From IMG/VR virus record IMGVR_UViG_3300045988_149344: DNA of 51,994 nucleotides, one strand, 5' to 3'. The stretch comes from a virus (lineage: Duplodnaviria > Heunggongvirae > Uroviricota > Caudoviricetes). This document shows, in pieces, positions 1-11,014 of the stretch. Under the pieces are notes generated by a model. It saw only the letters and a list, made by a program, of their open reading frames with translations. It searched no databases and had not been told where the DNA came from. Each line of letters opens with the position of its first letter. Position 1 is the stretch's first letter. The translations under genes were made by a program, and so were the position numbers.

Positions 1-720
1 TTTCGGTGTGGCGGCCAGCACTTCAGACGTGCTGTTAGTGGCACTACTGAGCTGAACTAATCCCTTTTGCGTTGTGCTTGCATCCTGCGCCGTATACTTG
101 CTTTTCGCCAGATCGTAGGCTTTTTTAACTGCCAGCGAACTCGCAGCAACATCACTTCTGGTACTGGTTACAGAGTCTGAAATATCAATGCCGATCGTGC
201 GGTTGATACGCTCGGATGTATCAATCATCTCTTGAGTAATGGTAGATACGCCAGCAGGGATATTCACCGTACAAACCAGCAGTTCCCCATCACCTAACTG
301 ATATGAATCGGTATAGGTTCTGGCAACAAATTCAGCTGCATGAATATGTGACGCGGTATTCACCTGATAGGTATCTTCTCCAAGAAGGTATCTTCCCTTC
401 AGCACAATTGCATATTTCTTGCCTGCGTTAAGTGCAAGAGAGATATCCTTACGATGCTGAATAGTTACCTGGTAGAATTCACCAATATCCACTGACGCCG
501 CGCCAGCGGTTTTATCTCCATCCACTGAGGTGATTAACAGGTTCATTCCACCGCCAGGCTTAGGCAAGAAACCAGCATAAAATCCCGGGTCAACAATTCC
601 CCTGAATTTTCGGTTTAGAGCGGCTGACAGATATGGTTCGTGGTATTGCACATCAGCCACCAGAGCCAACGACTCGGGTGATGGGTAAGTAACCGATGTA
701 ACAACTGTAACGTCATTCAT
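1..720 (-). CDS. Tail fibre protein, N-terminal part; the gene continues beyond position 1
   Basis: Open minus-strand frame from ATG 720-718 to position 1, preceded by a stop codon and an AAGGA ribosome binding site. My translation of 1-120 gives AYDLAKSKYTAQDASTTQKGLVQLSSATNSTSEVLAATPK, the conserved motif of P2 gpH / lambda Stf type tail fibres. Confidence 0.6.
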   Translation of the reverse strand, partial: MNDVTVVTSVTYPSPESLALVADVQYHEPYLSAALNRKFRGIVDPGFYAGFLPKPGGGMNLLITSVDGDKTAGAASVDIGEFYQVTIQHRKDISLALNAGKKYAIVLKGRYLLGEDTYQVNTASHIHAAEFVARTYTDSYQLGDGELLVCTVNIPAGVSTITQEMIDTSERINRTIGIDISDSVTSTRSDVAASSLAVKKAYDLAKSKYTAQDASTTQKGLVQLSSATNSTSEVLAATPK

Positions 721-731
721 CAAGCATATCC

Positions 732-1166
732 TTATGCTGTAGTCGAGTTTATGGCCATAACTGCGGTATATGTTTTGCCCACATACAGCGAGTCTTCCTG
801 GACACAAATAATGGCGATTGGCTTATTCTCGTTATCCAGAACAACCAGAGTGTTGAATGGGTAGTTTTTCCCTTCCTGCAACTGACTTTGATCAAGGTCC
901 ATTCGGACAGTAATTATCCCGCCTGAGTAGGTTGGGACGAGGTTGATGGTGCAAAATTGACTGGTCAGTTCTGCCAGATCGAAAGCCTTTGGCAGTTCTC
1001 CAATCTCATAAGTGCCATCTCCTTTCTTAGTAACCAGTGAACTGGTACCGAAAACGGCCTTGCTGATTAAAAATCGAGAGCCTTTGTTAATGGACGATTC
1101 AGCGCGCCGCTGATAGTAATAGTCCAACAACTGACTCTTATAGAGGTTTGTTGAGACGTCAGACAT
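732..1166 (-). CDS. Hypothetical tail-fibre operon protein (144 aa)
   Basis: ORF immediately upstream of the tail fibre gene on the same strand; no recognisable motif; position resembles the small gene that precedes the fibre gene in P1-like phages. Confidence 0.35.
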   Translation of the reverse strand: MSDVSTNLYKSQLLDYYYQRRAESSINKGSRFLISKAVFGTSSLVTKKGDGTYEIGELPKAFDLAELTSQFCTINLVPTYSGGIITVRMDLDQSQLQEGKNYPFNTLVVLDNENKPIAIICVQEDSLYVGKTYTAVMAINSTTA

Positions 1167-1244
1167 GATTTTCCCTAATCAATGTTGTGAAGCCTCATTG
1201 TAAGATAAGTAACTTGTCACCCCGCCCTGCGGACGGGGTGATTG

Positions 1245-2084
1245 TCACGCATCGCTATCCAACAGCAAATCATCTGCGCGGGTGCGATCAAACGTAGGCG
1301 TTGCTTTCACAATAGTGCCGCCCGGCGTTGCAGTGATCGGGGCGTTAATCGACGTAACTTCAGTAAGCGAAGTTGTATCCGAAGTTTCAAACCAGCAGAA
1401 TGCTTTTTCGGTATCAGAAATCTCATTCAAAGTGATCATGTCGGCCTGTTCATTTACAACAACCGACAAATAGAGCGTAAGCCCATCAAACACTATATGC
1501 AGTGGCAGTAGAGGCTTTACGAACTGATTAAACTTTCTGAGAATTTCTTCTGTAATTGCGGACTGATCTATCGTTCCAGTAATACCCATTGTCCGGGCCA
1601 GGTCGTTTATGGGAATACTGATCATTCCTCTGGAAGTCAGAAACATCTCGCCGAATGTGCCGCCGGTGGTTTCCAGTGTGCTTTCTGGAATCAGGACCGT
1701 GCCATAGGGATGACGTTCAAAGTCCACCGGAGCATATATTGGATCCCATAAAACCGATATACCGTTAAATTCGCGATAAATTGTCTGGTTTATAGGGCGT
1801 TCAGTACCCTTAAAATGGATCTCATCAAACCGCTGTTGTAACAACATCGGAACGGAAGATGAATTCGACGTTCTGATAGTAAAAAACTGGCCAAGTTCAT
1901 TTGTCCTAGTCTCCAGATCCTCCTTGCTCATGGAGAAAATAGACTTCCGGTTGGTAATTCGCTCCAACCATGGGTCAACAAAGGTGTCCATCATTGACTG
2001 AACCAAATCAGCCAATGATTTATAAAGTAATGACTTTTGCTTAGCTGATGTAAGCCGGTTATTAAACCAGGAACGCTGCATCAC
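1245..2084 (-). CDS. Putative baseplate protein (279 aa)
   Basis: Stop/start overlap with the upstream 477-aa gene; sits between a J-like gene and the fibre genes, as the gpI-position gene does in P2-type baseplate operons. Confidence 0.35.
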   Translation of the reverse strand: MMQRSWFNNRLTSAKQKSLLYKSLADLVQSMMDTFVDPWLERITNRKSIFSMSKEDLETRTNELGQFFTIRTSNSSSVPMLLQQRFDEIHFKGTERPINQTIYREFNGISVLWDPIYAPVDFERHPYGTVLIPESTLETTGGTFGEMFLTSRGMISIPINDLARTMGITGTIDQSAITEEILRKFNQFVKPLLPLHIVFDGLTLYLSVVVNEQADMITLNEISDTEKAFCWFETSDTTSLTEVTSINAPITATPGGTIVKATPTFDRTRADDLLLDSDA

Positions 2085-3514
2085 TCCTCCTCATACGAAA
2101 TATTAAAGGTGGAGTTTTCTGTATCCAGATAAACGAAATCGTAAAAGCCGTTGGACTCATTCCACTCGACAAATTCCAGATAAAAGTCGCGGAAATAACC
2201 CAGCGTTTCGATAAATGCCCAAACGTCTTTTTTCTTGATTAGGATGTACTTGCCGACACGGTTCGGATCAAAGAAAGTTGAGTCACGCCCAAATTTTGTT
2301 TCCAGTGCCGACTTCAGCTCATCAGTCACGTTCTCAATGGTCAGGCTTGCCGATATCCGCCCAGTGATAGTGATCTTAAAGGGGAGTTTTCTGACCTCTT
2401 TATACGAGAATTTCTTGTTCAACTCATTCGGCACCTTCTTAAAGGCAGCCAGGATCACTTCTTCAAGCTCTGACTGGCTTTTGTTTGGATGCCATCCTGA
2501 AATAAATATCTTATTGATATTCCGAACATTATAAGCACCATCTAATTTCTCTTGCTGGCCTTCGCCCCATGCCTTTACCCAGGACAGTCCCGGGATGTTA
2601 CGCACCAAAAAATACGTATAGTCCCCGCCCCATACGACCTGATCATCATAGGCAAGGTAATATTGTGCACGATTACGTGTGATCTCCGTTGTTTCGGCAT
2701 CGGTACCTGCGGTTATGGGTGTCGTTGTCTTAACTGAAATCAAATTAGCTAAATTAGCCGCAGAATCGACAGGCGTCAGGTTTTGGCCAGCAACCAGGGT
2801 TATATCTCCGTTGGTGCACCATACCTTAAGTGTAATGGTCGAGCCTTCTGGCGGTATTTGCCCAATTAGCCCATCACCGAATCGAACCCCCAACTGCTCG
2901 GATGGCTTATAAAACTCAACGTAGACCTGGCTTTTACTACCGGCTAACCGGAACATAGTGCTGGAAGACCACTGCGTGGTCTTACCATCGGTCGTCACGA
3001 ATACTTCCAGCTTATAGCAGACAGCAGTGAGAGCCTTTGATAACACGACTTCCAGAAATTCTTTGGCTGCCGTAACGGTATATGTCACCTCCTGGATTTC
3101 CAACTGTGCCACTTCTACCGTACCGGTGCCGTCAACCAACCTGCATACATCCATAGTCATGTAAGGGTACTGGTCGTCAGATATTAAAGGCATATTTTTG
3201 GGGATTACCGCTGGGGCATCTTCACTTGTGGCGGTGATCTCAATCATCCCCGATGACGGTGTTGGCTTGGTACCAACGTAACTATTCGTTTCTGCCGCTG
3301 CCAGGATAGAGGAACGCCGCGTCGCGGTCGATATAAAGCCTTCAGCCAGCGCCGCATCGGCATACTGAAAGCACCTGTAGACAATCTGGGTAATAAACAA
3401 TGTCAGCATCGAGACAAATTGAGAGCCGACAAACTTCGACCAGAATGAATCTTTCTCGACAAGCTCTTCAAACTCTGCACGAATACTGTCTTTAGTCGGT
3501 GTTGTTTTACTCAT
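2081..3514 (-). CDS. Putative baseplate J-like protein (477 aa)
   Basis: Follows the gp25-like gene with a 4-nt overlap; size and position match baseplate J / T4 gp6-like proteins; assigned by synteny only. Confidence 0.4.
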   Translation of the reverse strand: MSKTTPTKDSIRAEFEELVEKDSFWSKFVGSQFVSMLTLFITQIVYRCFQYADAALAEGFISTATRRSSILAAAETNSYVGTKPTPSSGMIEITATSEDAPAVIPKNMPLISDDQYPYMTMDVCRLVDGTGTVEVAQLEIQEVTYTVTAAKEFLEVVLSKALTAVCYKLEVFVTTDGKTTQWSSSTMFRLAGSKSQVYVEFYKPSEQLGVRFGDGLIGQIPPEGSTITLKVWCTNGDITLVAGQNLTPVDSAANLANLISVKTTTPITAGTDAETTEITRNRAQYYLAYDDQVVWGGDYTYFLVRNIPGLSWVKAWGEGQQEKLDGAYNVRNINKIFISGWHPNKSQSELEEVILAAFKKVPNELNKKFSYKEVRKLPFKITITGRISASLTIENVTDELKSALETKFGRDSTFFDPNRVGKYILIKKKDVWAFIETLGYFRDFYLEFVEWNESNGFYDFVYLDTENSTFNISYEEE

Positions 3515-3870
3515 AGCACCACGTCCTGTGTGATAGTTATATCCCTGATACGAATGGATATTTTCAACTTATCAAAAGCATCTCCCTCGGCTACTGACAA
3601 GCCAGAAATCGGTATGTCAGGTAAATCTACCGTCAGTTTTTGCAACAGCATTGCCTCAACCGCAATTTGAACATGCGACAAGTTGGTCGGTTCGTGTTTA
3701 AACTGCGGTAAAACATTGCCCCATGACGGATCTCCGTATACCTCACCCTGATAAGTGTTTAGCCACTCATATAAACGAGCGCCCCAGGCCTCCTCCTGGG
3801 ACTCATACGTTTTTACGCCGGATAACTCCAGCGTCAGCAAAGGATCAATTTCGTTATTGTTGGCCATCAA
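3511..3870 (-). CDS. Baseplate wedge protein, GPW/gp25-like (119 aa)
   Basis: Small protein with a YQGEVYGDPSWGNVLPQF segment resembling the GE..P.FG core of gp25/gpW; overlaps neighbours on both sides. Confidence 0.5.
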   Translation of the reverse strand: MMANNNEIDPLLTLELSGVKTYESQEEAWGARLYEWLNTYQGEVYGDPSWGNVLPQFKHEPTNLSHVQIAVEAMLLQKLTVDLPDIPISGLSVAEGDAFDKLKISIRIRDITITQDVVL

Positions 3871-6800
3871 TCAACTCTCGCGTAGTCATTCATCAACGGA
3901 TCATCAATTGACAGTGGTACCGTGCGCATAACGCCCGGCTGAGGCGTGCTGACCTTTACGACAGTTCCCTGGCCTTTCGCCGAGTCTTTGGTGTGCTCTT
4001 CAATCCTGGCAAGCAATGAGGTCATCTGCGCAAACAGCCGCTTCGTTTCACCATCAAGTGAAACGGTATTATCAGCCAACTGCATTGTCGGCTTGGCACC
4101 GGAGCCGCCAAGGTCACTAATAACCTGTCCGTCTATCTGCATACGACCGGTTGGTTGCTGCAAATCGTTGGCGGCAGTCGTCACCTGGAACGTGGATGCT
4201 GGTTGAGGAGAATTATTTGAGCGCATTCCCCGGGCATTAATGAGTTTGTCATACAGTCCATCAATCCCCATTTGTGCGCCGAGCTGGTCAAAGTAACTTG
4301 AGTTGCTGGCCACTGGACGCGCCTCTTCAACTGGCGTCGGAGTATCAACATACACATTGCCAGCTGCTGTTGCGGTCCCATTTCCTCGTGCACGTTCTTC
4401 GAGGGTTCCCTGGACGACTTCTCGACGCATCCCCCGACCATTCATGAATTTGTTGACCAGATCGTTAACGCCAACAGCATTACCGATTTTGTCTACCAGA
4501 CCGCCCTTCTCAAACGGGCTATCACCAGGGGTAAACGCCAGGCCAGTAGACTGATCGATAACGGCGTTATCAGGCAGTGGTCCCCTCACTCCATATTGCG
4601 CCCCCCCCTGTGCTCCTGCCCCTGGTGTATAGATTTCACCACCTAAATAGCGAGCACGATGAGTATTGACCTTGATCGCGTACTCACGGTTTTCTTTCGA
4701 TAAGTCACCTGTGCCTTTTTTCCACCTATTAATAGTGCCAAACCCAGCGTTATATGCAGTGATGGCCTCGTTTAAGTCTCCATTGGCTTGCTTCAGATAC
4801 TTGCTCATGAGAAGAGCCGCAGCTTCTGCCGATTTCACAGGATCAAATGCATCCGGTTCCGATATCCCTGTCTCTTTACGAGCAATACTCGTGAACTGGA
4901 ACATCCCGAGTGCGCCACCACTTAACTTTCCATCTGGTGATCTTGTAAGCGGAGACTTTGCGTTAGGATCCCCTCCTGATTCAGTTGCAGCAATCGCGTA
5001 AAGAGTGCCTTCAGGAAGACCATATTTATTCTCTAGTTCAGCAAAATACGGAGCTAACTTATCGAGATTTGCCTTACCTTCAGCGCCAAGGCTTCCGACT
5101 TTTACATCTAAGTTGCCATTATTGTAGGTATCAGCAGCTTTCTGAATGTCATTCCCAGTGCCGGTGGTATTACGCGACGATGATGACGAGCTATTTTGTC
5201 CAATAGCTGAATCAATTTTCCGCACCGCGCTATTGCCCATTTCTACGGCATTTGCATTGATAATCTGATTGGCAGTTTCTTTAACTGTTTTATTGCTATC
5301 TTTCGCCGTGTCCAGTGCCGCATTTATCACGCGGGTAGCAATATTAGTCTGTTTAGCATCGGATTCAGTTTTAGAATCAGATGTCTCCTGGTGGCTATTA
5401 ACCGGAGCTTTTAACTCTGGAGTGATTTCTTTTGCATTAGCCTCGCCGATCGGATTGGGTATTTTTGATACAATCATTGCCGCAGGGGTATTTTTAACGG
5501 CATCAACCGCTGCATCTAATGCTTTACCGGGTAAATTTTTAACCCCATCCCAAATATTACCAGCCGCCTCTTTAATGTGTTTCCCTGGGTTCTTAATGAA
5601 ATCAATTGCACTATCAATTGCATCACTGAAAACCTGTTTCAGGTTATCAACAGTAAAGAAGTCTTTGATGGCATCCAGCTTTTCAAGCAGCTTATTAGAT
5701 GTATCGCTAAACCATGCTGAAACAGCATCACCAATCTTTGCTGTGTAATCTTCGAACTTGGTAGAAATGGTGTCGCCAAGGTTAGAAATATATGTTTCTA
5801 AGTTGGTAATCCCACTATCAATGGCCTGGGCAATACTTTCCGTCGAAAATGATTGCAACATATTGCCGATATCCTCAAATCCAAGTGATTTGAGAACCTC
5901 ACCAATGGCGCTGCTAATACCAGATACCAGTCCCCCCATATCAAGAACATTGGCTAACGTATAAGCGGCTTTTTGCTGGAATGATGGCTCTTGTCCTGAT
6001 TTAAGCCCAAACGCTCGACGTTGCGCTTCTGTATCATTCCAACCGGTTACCGCATCATAAATACCTCCAGCCACTGTGCCGACTAAGGGAATTGCGCGTA
6101 ACGCCCCTTTACCAACTGCCTTTAATCCAAATTTACCTGCTGCCCGGGCAGCCAAATCTCCACCTTCATGGGCGATAGTCTTCTTGCCACCACCGCGTAG
6201 CATTCCTACAAGTTTCTTTGCCCCCAGAGCGCCAAAAGCGAGTGCTCCAGCTTTTTTCAGCATGCCACGCCCCATTAACAACGACGCGACGCCACCGGCC
6301 CCCTTCCCTAACAGGCTAAATAGTTTGGACAGCAAGCCGCCCTTCTTTTTCCCGGTGTTTTTGGCTATCTGATCAAGGGCGCTGAGAATCTTGTCATTGC
6401 CCTCTTTAATTTCGCTGGTCTGCTCCTGAAGTTCCTGAACCGTCCGTTTTTGGGTGTTAACCTGAACGACATCGGCACTATTTTGCGATTTACGCCTAAA
6501 AAAACCTTTTCTACGGCTGTTATCGTCATTGCCACGAATCACATCGGCAATAGACTTTCTGGCACCATTAAGCGATCCACCAACTTCTTTTGATATCCCG
6601 CCAAGCTCCTTCCCTGCTGCCCACAATGGACCAGCAACGGCATAACCTAACGCATCGACGGCACGAGTCTCTGAAGGGTTACCTATGCCTTCAGCTACTT
6701 TTGACAGTTTTTTTAATAAACCTGATTCAGCATTTAGACGCTCATCATCCTCTTTGCGCCTGGCCTTTTCAGCACGTTCAGCACGGGCATCTTCCGCTGC

Positions 6801-7586
6801 GGCCTTACTCCCTGACTTTCCAATAAAACGACCACGCGCATCGCGTTGGTTTTGGCTTTTTTGCGCACCGCCTTTTTGATCGAACATTTCGCGAGCGTGT
6901 TCGGCTGCTTCGGTCCGTTGTGCCTTTATATCCTCTGATATAGCCTTCCTGCGTCTTTTTTTACCCTTTGGTGTAGTTGATTTGGCCTGCTGTTCCTCTT
7001 GAGCAATGCCCTCCTGAACTACACGAGAAACGTCCCCTAAATTAAGCCGTTTCATTGCGTCAACAATAGGGTCTACTGATGGCGCATTGGCCACAAAGTC
7101 TGGCCGGGAATTTTCGATTGTTCGATTTAATGCCGACACACTGCGAGATACTGGGTCAACCGTTGCAACGCGTTCCCCTTTCAAATCACGAGCGAGTTTG
7201 ACCGTTTCTAACCGCTGTGCTTTAACATCCTCTGTTATTGCCTCTCTTCGTCTATTTGGGGGATTGTGCGCTGTTGGTGCAGCCTGCTGTTCACGGTTAG
7301 TGACTTTGTCCTCCCGTATACGAGAAACGTCCCCTAAATTAAGCCGTTTCATTGCGTCAACAATAGAGTCCACTGATGGCACATTGGTCACAAAGTCAGG
7401 ACGTGAATTTTCGATTGTGCGATTTAATGCCGACACACTGCGAGAGACAGGATCAACAGTTGCAACTCGTTCCCCTTTCAAATCTTCAACAGCTTCCCGA
7501 ATACCTGCAAGCTCTTCCAGCTCTTTCGCGCTGGCGGTTTCAACTGTCCTTATAACATCGTCAATATTGGCGTTTTTTCTTTCCAT
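3867..7586 (-). CDS. sit: Sit-like giant virion protein with lytic transglycosylase domain (tape-measure-like)
   Basis: 1239-aa ORF; SLT-type motif ESGGDPNAKSP...GGALGMFQFT in the C-terminal third; long Gly/Ala/Lys-rich low-complexity centre; internal tandem repeat. Confidence 0.75.
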   Translation of the reverse strand: MERKNANIDDVIRTVETASAKELEELAGIREAVEDLKGERVATVDPVSRSVSALNRTIENSRPDFVTNVPSVDSIVDAMKRLNLGDVSRIREDKVTNREQQAAPTAHNPPNRRREAITEDVKAQRLETVKLARDLKGERVATVDPVSRSVSALNRTIENSRPDFVANAPSVDPIVDAMKRLNLGDVSRVVQEGIAQEEQQAKSTTPKGKKRRRKAISEDIKAQRTEAAEHAREMFDQKGGAQKSQNQRDARGRFIGKSGSKAAAEDARAERAEKARRKEDDERLNAESGLLKKLSKVAEGIGNPSETRAVDALGYAVAGPLWAAGKELGGISKEVGGSLNGARKSIADVIRGNDDNSRRKGFFRRKSQNSADVVQVNTQKRTVQELQEQTSEIKEGNDKILSALDQIAKNTGKKKGGLLSKLFSLLGKGAGGVASLLMGRGMLKKAGALAFGALGAKKLVGMLRGGGKKTIAHEGGDLAARAAGKFGLKAVGKGALRAIPLVGTVAGGIYDAVTGWNDTEAQRRAFGLKSGQEPSFQQKAAYTLANVLDMGGLVSGISSAIGEVLKSLGFEDIGNMLQSFSTESIAQAIDSGITNLETYISNLGDTISTKFEDYTAKIGDAVSAWFSDTSNKLLEKLDAIKDFFTVDNLKQVFSDAIDSAIDFIKNPGKHIKEAAGNIWDGVKNLPGKALDAAVDAVKNTPAAMIVSKIPNPIGEANAKEITPELKAPVNSHQETSDSKTESDAKQTNIATRVINAALDTAKDSNKTVKETANQIINANAVEMGNSAVRKIDSAIGQNSSSSSSRNTTGTGNDIQKAADTYNNGNLDVKVGSLGAEGKANLDKLAPYFAELENKYGLPEGTLYAIAATESGGDPNAKSPLTRSPDGKLSGGALGMFQFTSIARKETGISEPDAFDPVKSAEAAALLMSKYLKQANGDLNEAITAYNAGFGTINRWKKGTGDLSKENREYAIKVNTHRARYLGGEIYTPGAGAQGGAQYGVRGPLPDNAVIDQSTGLAFTPGDSPFEKGGLVDKIGNAVGVNDLVNKFMNGRGMRREVVQGTLEERARGNGTATAAGNVYVDTPTPVEEARPVASNSSYFDQLGAQMGIDGLYDKLINARGMRSNNSPQPASTFQVTTAANDLQQPTGRMQIDGQVISDLGGSGAKPTMQLADNTVSLDGETKRLFAQMTSLLARIEEHTKDSAKGQGTVVKVSTPQPGVMRTVPLSIDDPLMNDYARVD
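7023..7484. repeat. Intragenic tandem direct repeat inside sit: two ~165-bp copies (7023-7187 and 7320-7484), period 297 bp
   Basis: Near-identical nucleotide blocks 297 bp apart; at protein level LKGERVATVDPVSRSVSALNRTIENSRPDFV...DAMKRLNLGDVSR occurs twice. Confidence 0.85.
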
Positions 7587-7667
7587 GATCTTATCGCCTA
7601 CCGTTTCGGTTTAAGTTTTTCTTCCAGTTTCTCCAACAGGAAAAACGCATAGGATTCAGTAAGCCTT

Positions 7668-8549
7668 TCAGCGTCCTGAATCGGTATACCCCCATACAAA
7701 ACCAGGTTGGACACTAAGGTCTGATAGCTTTTCAATCCCCACCTGTGGAATGAAGTCGGTAGCCCGAAAGGGCACCCACAGACGGGTATACGCACCCTCT
7801 GTGGACTCCTTTGTATCCTGGTTTGGGCATTTGTGCGGCGGGAGACGAAGACGCATTTCGCCTTTATCGATGTAGCACGGTAAACCATGTTCGAGCTTTT
7901 CATGAGCCAGCCGGATGTGTGCCGCCAGCTTCATAAATTCAGTATCAATGGCCATCCGTTTGATCGTTTCATAACGACGCTCAGCCTGCTCTTCACGAGT
8001 ACCGCTAACATCGTTATAAAGTTCACACTGATAAGCGAATTCCCAAAAACGCAAATCAACGATCGCTTCTTTGAATTCCGCGTCGTCTTCAGGTGGCAAT
8101 GCTGCTCGGCGCATCTCCAGCATTTCCATTGCCCAACCATCAAGCGGCACGATACGCCATTGATAAGGCACGCCCTCTACAGACACCTCAATATCGTCAA
8201 TGAACGGTTCCACTTCCAGGACCTGGATATCTTCAGCCAGAGCATTCATATCGCAATCGTAATAATGCTCTTTACCGCAATGTTTACAGGTGTAGGTAAA
8301 TGTCTCGATCGGTGTTTCGCGGGAGCCAGTAAATATCCACCATAACGCGGTAATCCGGTCCTGCGCCGTCCATGTCAGGGGATCATATTTCGCGGGTTCA
8401 GCCAGCAAGGCTTTTAAATACGCCGTTGTCTGTTGTTCTTGTTCCTCCGGTGTTATCGAGTTGAAACGCATCGCATCAGCAATATTTGGCTGACGGAACT
8501 GGATCAATTCAGTTGGCCGCGATGGTAGCGGGAAAAGAGGTAAAAGCAT
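7668..8549 (-). CDS. Hypothetical structural-operon protein with two Cys-pair motifs (293 aa)
   Basis: ORF upstream of sit on the same strand; CKHCGKEHYYDC and C-x17-C motifs suggest a zinc-binding element. Confidence 0.4.
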   Translation of the reverse strand: MLLPLFPLPSRPTELIQFRQPNIADAMRFNSITPEEQEQQTTAYLKALLAEPAKYDPLTWTAQDRITALWWIFTGSRETPIETFTYTCKHCGKEHYYDCDMNALAEDIQVLEVEPFIDDIEVSVEGVPYQWRIVPLDGWAMEMLEMRRAALPPEDDAEFKEAIVDLRFWEFAYQCELYNDVSGTREEQAERRYETIKRMAIDTEFMKLAAHIRLAHEKLEHGLPCYIDKGEMRLRLPPHKCPNQDTKESTEGAYTRLWVPFRATDFIPQVGIEKLSDLSVQPGFVWGYTDSGR

Positions 8550-8563
8550 CCTTGCTCCTTAAT

Positions 8564-9175
8564 TTAAAGCGAAAAACTAAAGCCCAGAAGGGAAGCTAAA
8601 GAACTTGAGGATTGGTTAAACGTGCTGTGCAATGCGAAGGTCATTGGGAATGACTTAAATTCCGTAACCTGATCCCGCGCATAGGTGACATCGCCGGTAG
8701 TGACCGGGAATACCGTCATCTCATTTTCCAGTTTGGTTAAACCGGAGGACAGCAACCGATAAATACGCACATTGAGCAAATATTTAGACGGTATATTCCC
8801 GGTACCGTCCGGATTGATCACCCGACTTTTTGCCGTCTTAAACCAGTCCAAAACGAGGCCATCAACGGTATCCCTGACCATCATTGTTATCTGCCCAGGC
8901 GAACGCTCCGTTGGCTGAAGGATATTCCCTCCGCCGATTTTAATCGTTTCATATTCGATGCTGTAATCGTGGTAGGTAATGTCTTTAGCAAAGAAGTCTG
9001 CCCCCTCCAGACCATCAACTTCGACAGAGAACTGCCATCCTTGCGCGAACAGCATTTTGTTCATGATGATTGACGTCAGCTTACCAACTTCCCGCTCACC
9101 AACGCCGGAGCCAAATAATGTCGTCGTTAATGCCGAAGATACATAAGACTTTACTGAAGCAACATTAAGCCCCAT
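8564..9175 (-). CDS. Putative baseplate or tube-like structural protein (203 aa)
   Basis: Tightly packed in the same operon; composition resembles small beta-rich tail proteins; no diagnostic motif. Confidence 0.3.
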   Translation of the reverse strand: MGLNVASVKSYVSSALTTTLFGSGVGEREVGKLTSIIMNKMLFAQGWQFSVEVDGLEGADFFAKDITYHDYSIEYETIKIGGGNILQPTERSPGQITMMVRDTVDGLVLDWFKTAKSRVINPDGTGNIPSKYLLNVRIYRLLSSGLTKLENEMTVFPVTTGDVTYARDQVTEFKSFPMTFALHSTFNQSSSSLASLLGFSFSL

Positions 9176-9185
9176 ATCAGCCCCC

Positions 9186-9776
<591 letters not shown>

Positions 9777-9905
9777 TTACCCGATTCTACGAGTTGTCAT
9801 TTGTTACCGGTCAGTCTACACATTTCAGATGCTGCGTTAAAAAACCCAAGTACTTCAAGTAGCACATCGTCATCAACACCCAGCCCCAAGATACGGTGAT
9901 AAAAT

Positions 9906-10940
9906 TCAAGCCTTAAGAGGCTTTGTGTATGTTCGTGTAATCCATCCAGTAATAAACTCGTCCCCTGATTTAACCTGCACGAAAAGCCATTGGCGATCTT
10001 TTTTATCTAAAACAGCCACTATAGTATTTTTGCCAATGCATTCAATCACCTCACTATTTATAGAAGGACTGACGTGTAATCTTACGTTCTCACCAGTTAT
10101 AAAACGAAAACCATTGAGATCTTCCCAACTAATTTCTTTGTTTTCTTTAATTAATTGTTGTTTTGATATTGGTTTATCCTCAAACAGAGATATAAAATAT
10201 GATTCTGCCTTGTGTATTCCCAGCAAGGTTTTCTCTTTTCCGTAATCAATAAAAGCACCAAACACAACTTGAGAAAATATAACCATTAGTAACCATTGCA
10301 GTGGATAAGGAAGCTCTTTAAATGAATCAACAAACTTTGAGCTAGGTTTATTTAATCCTTTATTTTGAACATTACTTTTGGTGTGTGATGTTTCAGTAGC
10401 ACCTTCAGCATAAGCCTGCGCAATAGATGAAATCCCCTGCTCTATTATTTGATGTAATGAAGCATTTCTTGTTCTAGCATAGTGATCTAGTACTTTCTTT
10501 ATGTCTTGGCTTACATCTATTTTATAACTTGCACTTTGTTGTAATTCTTTAAGTATCGCTTGCATGTTATTTAAACCAGCTTGCTTATTAAGCACCTCAA
10601 GCTGTTTTCGTAATGGCATAGCTATTTCGGCCTGTTTCCTTAGCATTTGAATATATCTATTTGCATCATGAGGGAAAAGAGCCTGAGTCTGTTTCTGTAA
10701 AATCGCGATATGTTCACGATACTTGCTGCCTATTCCAGCCAAGTTCGGTATACTAGCCAATTGTTTTCGAAGAGAGTTACTAATTACAGCTTGTCTATTC
10801 AATCTTGGCATATTTTGAAAAGAATGTTTTTCTATTCCTAATTGTTTTTGCAAGATCGCTACGTGATCTTTGTATGATGGAATGAGCACTGACTGTTTAT
10901 ACAGCAACTTCAACTCATTAGAATTAGTAATTTTTGTCAT
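9906..10940 (-). CDS. Membrane-anchored protein with N-terminal coiled-coil repeats, one TM helix and a C-terminal SH3b-like domain (344 aa)
   Basis: AT-rich ORF; repeated ILQKQ/LRKQ segments; hydrophobic stretch LQWLLMVIFSQVVFGAFI; C-terminal RFITGENVRLHV...GWI resembles bacterial SH3 domains. Confidence 0.45.
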   Translation of the reverse strand: MTKITNSNELKLLYKQSVLIPSYKDHVAILQKQLGIEKHSFQNMPRLNRQAVISNSLRKQLASIPNLAGIGSKYREHIAILQKQTQALFPHDANRYIQMLRKQAEIAMPLRKQLEVLNKQAGLNNMQAILKELQQSASYKIDVSQDIKKVLDHYARTRNASLHQIIEQGISSIAQAYAEGATETSHTKSNVQNKGLNKPSSKFVDSFKELPYPLQWLLMVIFSQVVFGAFIDYGKEKTLLGIHKAESYFISLFEDKPISKQQLIKENKEISWEDLNGFRFITGENVRLHVSPSINSEVIECIGKNTIVAVLDKKDRQWLFVQVKSGDEFITGWITRTYTKPLKA

Positions 10941-11014
10941 ATTATTCCATTTCTATAATAGAATATTACGCAACCAATGTTTTATTGATTGCGTTAATCT
11001 TTAACACAGAAAGA

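Noticed and set aside
3946-7614. Numerous plus-strand ORFs inside the sit gene (for example 5269-5748, 6076-6372, 7087-7614)
   Set aside because: Shadow ORFs antisense to a long, compositionally biased gene; the 7087-7614 ORF simply mirrors the internal tandem repeat.
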